A stretch of 64,000 nt of DNA from Trichosphaerium sp. ATCC 40318 (lineage: Eukaryota; Protista; Tubulinea), in contig JALMLS010000213.1 in NCBI GenBank assembly GCA_038496445.1, positions 186,001-250,000 of the forward strand, in the 5' to 3' direction. The notes under the pieces were generated by a model, which ran no database searches, was not told the DNA's origin, and was given only the letters and a program-made list of their open reading frames with translations. Each line of letters begins with the position of its first letter. The stretch's first letter is position 1. Positions 60,419-64,000 of the stretch are shown here, in pieces. The position numbers and the translations under genes were made by a program.

Positions 60419-63400
60419 ATGTCTGCCCCACTAGACTGCAAGGTACGCACATCTGTTGCTTCGTGTTAAAAATTGACACAGCGGTCTTCTTGTATTTTGT
60501 GCGTAATGCAGCGGTGTGTTTGCGTTTATTTTGCACTTTACGGCTGATCAAAAGGTGGACAATAAAAAACGGTTCAATTCACTCGCAATAGCACTGCGTA
60601 GTATTCCACGCCTATACAATGAACGCTAGTCGATAAAACTAAATTTCAATCATCGCAATACTTATACAGAGTAGAACAGCCTTGTGAGAGTTTATTTAGT
60701 AGACCACTCCCTGAAGGAATTCAAAATCGCGTTCCTATCGCGTCTATCTGTTAAAGATGTAGCAGATTATCTTAGCGGCGAGTGTTCAAAGCCAGGAGCT
60801 CAGCTATTCTTTTGGGAGAACGGTACGTGCCATTAAATAGCAATCGGTTTAAAACCTTATCTCTGCTGAACTAAACATATTCAGACGATATCAGTCCAAT
60901 TCCAGGGAATATTGGCGTCTCTGACGCGGCAGAGCTTTGTGAGACTGGAAAACTTGTACTTCAAGGCCCAGATGAAACTTTTGTACGTCTTTACACCAAG
61001 TGTCAATCTAACTTCCGAAAAGAATCCATCAGGTCCGCAAAAGGTCGCTGCAGCTCCAAAGAAGCAAATGCGTCGCCCTGGTGGTCCTAAAAAGGTACGA
61101 AAAAACGATTTCTAAAATGACGCTAACTTTTGAGAATAGCTTGCTAGACACCCAAAGGGTGGCAGAGGCAAACGTGGACCGGTAAGAACTCATTAAAAAT
61201 GTTTTTTTTTGTTTTTTTTTTGTGACGCGTTTGTGCGGGTTTTTTTATTGTACAAGGCATTTACGACGCTCGTACAAAGTCAGATATTGTTTTTGGAAAG
61301 TATTGCGTATTTATTAGAAAGCTTTGACAGAAAACCGAAAAAAAAAGAAAAAAAATACAGCGTAGCATTATTGTTTGGTTATTAACTTTGTTTGTAGAAA
61401 AAGGGATTTTATAAAGGTAAACGACCTCTGAAGAGAGGAAAATCGAGTGGCGTCAAAAAGTATAACGTAAAACGTGCTGCATCAAAGAAGAAATGGGGAG
61501 GTAGAGCGCCTAAAAAAACTGCAAAAAAACCGTCTCTTAAAGTTGGAAATACACCTCCATGGATGAACAAACCAAAGACATCAAACCGTAATATACCGAA
61601 GACAGCAAACCGTAATATACCAAAATCACCAAGAGGCGTACCAAAGTCGCCAAGAGGTATCCCAAAATCGCCAAGAGGTAAAGTTGGTGGAGCTAAAGCT
61701 AGTGTCAATGTACCACCTTGGATGCAAAAAAAACAACAGAACACTCCAGTTTCAAAACCTGCACCCAAAAAAGCAGCAACACCTGCGCCAGTACAAGCAA
61801 ATGCCAACGTACCGCCATGGATGCAAAAAAAGCAAACTCAGCCTTCAAATCCGTCTTCACCGCCTGCAGCAAAGCCTAAACAGGCAGCAGTAGCTACACC
61901 GCCATGGATGGCCAACAAAGCAGAACCAGCACCTGTTAAAAAAACAGCTAGTGGCAATTTACCACCTTGGATGCAAAAGAAGGCCCAGCCATCTCCAGCA
62001 GTTGTACCAAAGGCAGAAATATCAGCAAGCGTAACTACAACTGATAAAAATATTACTCCACCATGGATGCAAAAGACACCAAGCGTAGAAGCTGAAGTGG
62101 TATGGCTTTTTTTTTTTAACAGTTTTCTTTAGTTTATGCTAAATCTTTTTTTTATAGAGTGTCTCAACACCTGCTCCAAAAGTTCAAGCTAAAGCAAAAG
62201 TAAACGTACCTCCATGGATGCAAAATAAACAGGCTAAAACACCAGATCCAGTACAAGAGCCAGCAAAACCTCAGCCTCAAGTACAAGCGAAGGTCAATGT
62301 TCCTCCATGGATGCAGAATAAGCAAGCTGCGGTCAAAGCACCAGAGCCTAGACCGGAACCACCAGCTCCTGTAGCTAACCCACCTTGGTCTCAACCAGCA
62401 AAGCCTAAACCTGAACCTACACCAACGCCAACACCTGTTGTTACCTCTCCACCTTGGGCACAAAATAAGGCAACAACACCAACACCAGTAGCAGTATCGC
62501 CACCAAAGGTTGAAGCTAATGTATCTGTTGGCGCTACTACATCACCTCCATGGGCAAGCAACGAAGCAATAGAGCCTGCTACACCAAAGCCGGTTGCTAC
62601 AGCTCCATGGATGTCCAACAGCGCAAAAGCTACCATACCTGAACCTGTTGTACCTACACCAAAGCCAGTGGCATCTACTCCACCTTGGATGACGCAGACG
62701 AAACAAGAGCCAGATATACCTGCCCCTGCTTGGTCACAGCCTGCTGCTGAGGTAAGACCTACAGCGCCAGCAAGACCTACGGCACCAGTTGAACGACCCA
62801 CGGCACCAGTTGAACGCCCTACGGCACCAGTTGAACGACCTACGGCACCCGTTGGACGTCCTGCAGCACCAGCTGTAGCTCCCTCAAATCCGCCATGGGC
62901 TAAGCCTGCCATTCCAAAGCCAATTGAGCCTACTCCAGTACCTGCTCCTGTTGCTGCAGCTAGCTCTCCACCATGGGCTAGCAAAGCTAATATAGCTACG
63001 CCTGCTGCTTCTGCTCCTTGGCAGAATACTAGAGCAGAAGTTGCAGTTGCGCCTGTGGTTACTCCTGCACCTGTGGCTGTATCTACACCTGAACCTGCGC
63101 CTGAAGATCCAAACACTGGAGCTGAATTTGGCGATGATCAATTGGATGAGTTAGCTGCCATGATGGGTGGCGGTGGGTTTGATATGGACATGGACCTTGA
63201 TTTGGACATGGACTTTTCAACTGACAATTTTGGCGATACAAACACTGAAGCTAATGTTGGTGTAAGAGTTTTAACTTCAGGTTTTTTAAATAAGTAGCTA
63301 ATAGTCGATACTAGGGTGACGACCTTGACCTTGAAGGTTTGGATAATATTGACTTGGGTGATCTCGAAGATTTCGATGTCACTGACTTTGAGGATGCATT

Positions 63401-64000
63401 AGACAGTTTTGTACGATTAACAAATATTTTACCATCAAATCACTTACATTTGTCTTTCTATCTAGATTGATACATCACAACCAGAGGCAGTAGCACCTAC
63501 TGCCTCAGTTTCTGTAGCAGCAACTGTTCCAGAACCAGTCCAAATACCAACACCTGTGCCTGCTGCAAGACCCGTTATGCGCCAACCACCTAAATTTGGA
63601 GTGCGTCCAAAACAACCATCACCACCAAAGTTTGGTGTACCTAAGGTTGCTGCAAGGCCAAAGTTTACACCAAAACAGCCATCACCGCCAAAGTTTGGTG
63701 TTCCTAAGGTAGCTGCGAGGCCAAAGTTTACACCAAAGCAGCCAACGCCTCCAAAATTTGGATATGGTATGCGTACACCATCATCACAGGAGAGAGCACC
63801 ACCGCCTCAAGATGCTGCACCAATACTAGCTGCTCGTGCGCCACCTCCTCAAGAATTAGCACCAGCACTCCCTTCTAGAAATACACCTCCGAAGTTTGGT
63901 GTGCATAAAGCCATGCCTCCAAAGTTTGGCGTTCCAAAGGCTATGCCACCTAAGTTTGGTGTACCAAAGGCTATGCCACCTAAGTTTGGCGTACCTAAAG
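60419..64000 (+). CDS. Long Pro-rich protein with PPW(M) and PKFG repeats; 3' truncated by window
   Basis: Small N-terminal globular region ('SLVRVYLVDHSLKEFKI'), basic region, >20 PPW motifs, acidic D/L/F patch, PKFG(V)PK repeats. Confidence 0.8.
62755..62862 (+). repeat. 21-nt coding tandem repeat (RPTAPVE)
   Basis: ccagttgaacgacc(t/c)acggca repeated. Confidence 0.85.
63585..64000 (+). repeat. PKFG-encoding tandem repeats (longer units, then 30-nt units)
   Basis: ccaaagtttgg / gctatgccacctaagtttgg repeats running to the window end. Confidence 0.85.

Noticed and set aside
1-64000. Alternative genetic code or pseudogenisation suggested by fragmented ORFs
   Set aside because: Fragmentation is explained by short introns; TAA, TAG and TGA all serve as terminal stops

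Overview
AT-rich, gene-dense eukaryotic genomic DNA with many short GT-AG introns (mostly ~40-60 nt) and the standard code. The gene content (DRP5/Dlp-type dynamin, GABA-B-like class C GPCR, vWA/Sib-like adhesion protein) suggests an amoebozoan-like protist; this placement is an inference. About 23 genes were reconstructed by eye across introns: dynamin-related protein (3' part), PAP2-family protein, CTHRC1-C-terminal-domain protein, divergent di-ubiquitin, two Pro/Thr-rich surface proteins, two tandem MRH-domain/GH38 alpha-mannosidase fusions flanking an orphan ORF and an F-box/MORN-variant gene, class C GPCR, OMA1-like protease, RhoGAP, RCC1-repeat protein, SPRY-RCC1-ADP-ribosyltransferase, PUM3/PUF6, F-box/Kelch, a second F-box/MORN gene, a helical-repeat + RAP/PD-(D/E)xK nuclease-like protein, an atypical Rab, GDPD, ZNF207/BuGZ, a vWA membrane protein and a truncated PPW-repeat protein. 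No tRNA, rRNA, CRISPR or transposase was seen. Highlights are a U12-type intron, a probably N-myristoylated non-prenylated pseudo-Rab, several unusual domain fusions and strong non-coding enrichment of TCACGTGA. Exon boundaries were inferred manually and are approximate.
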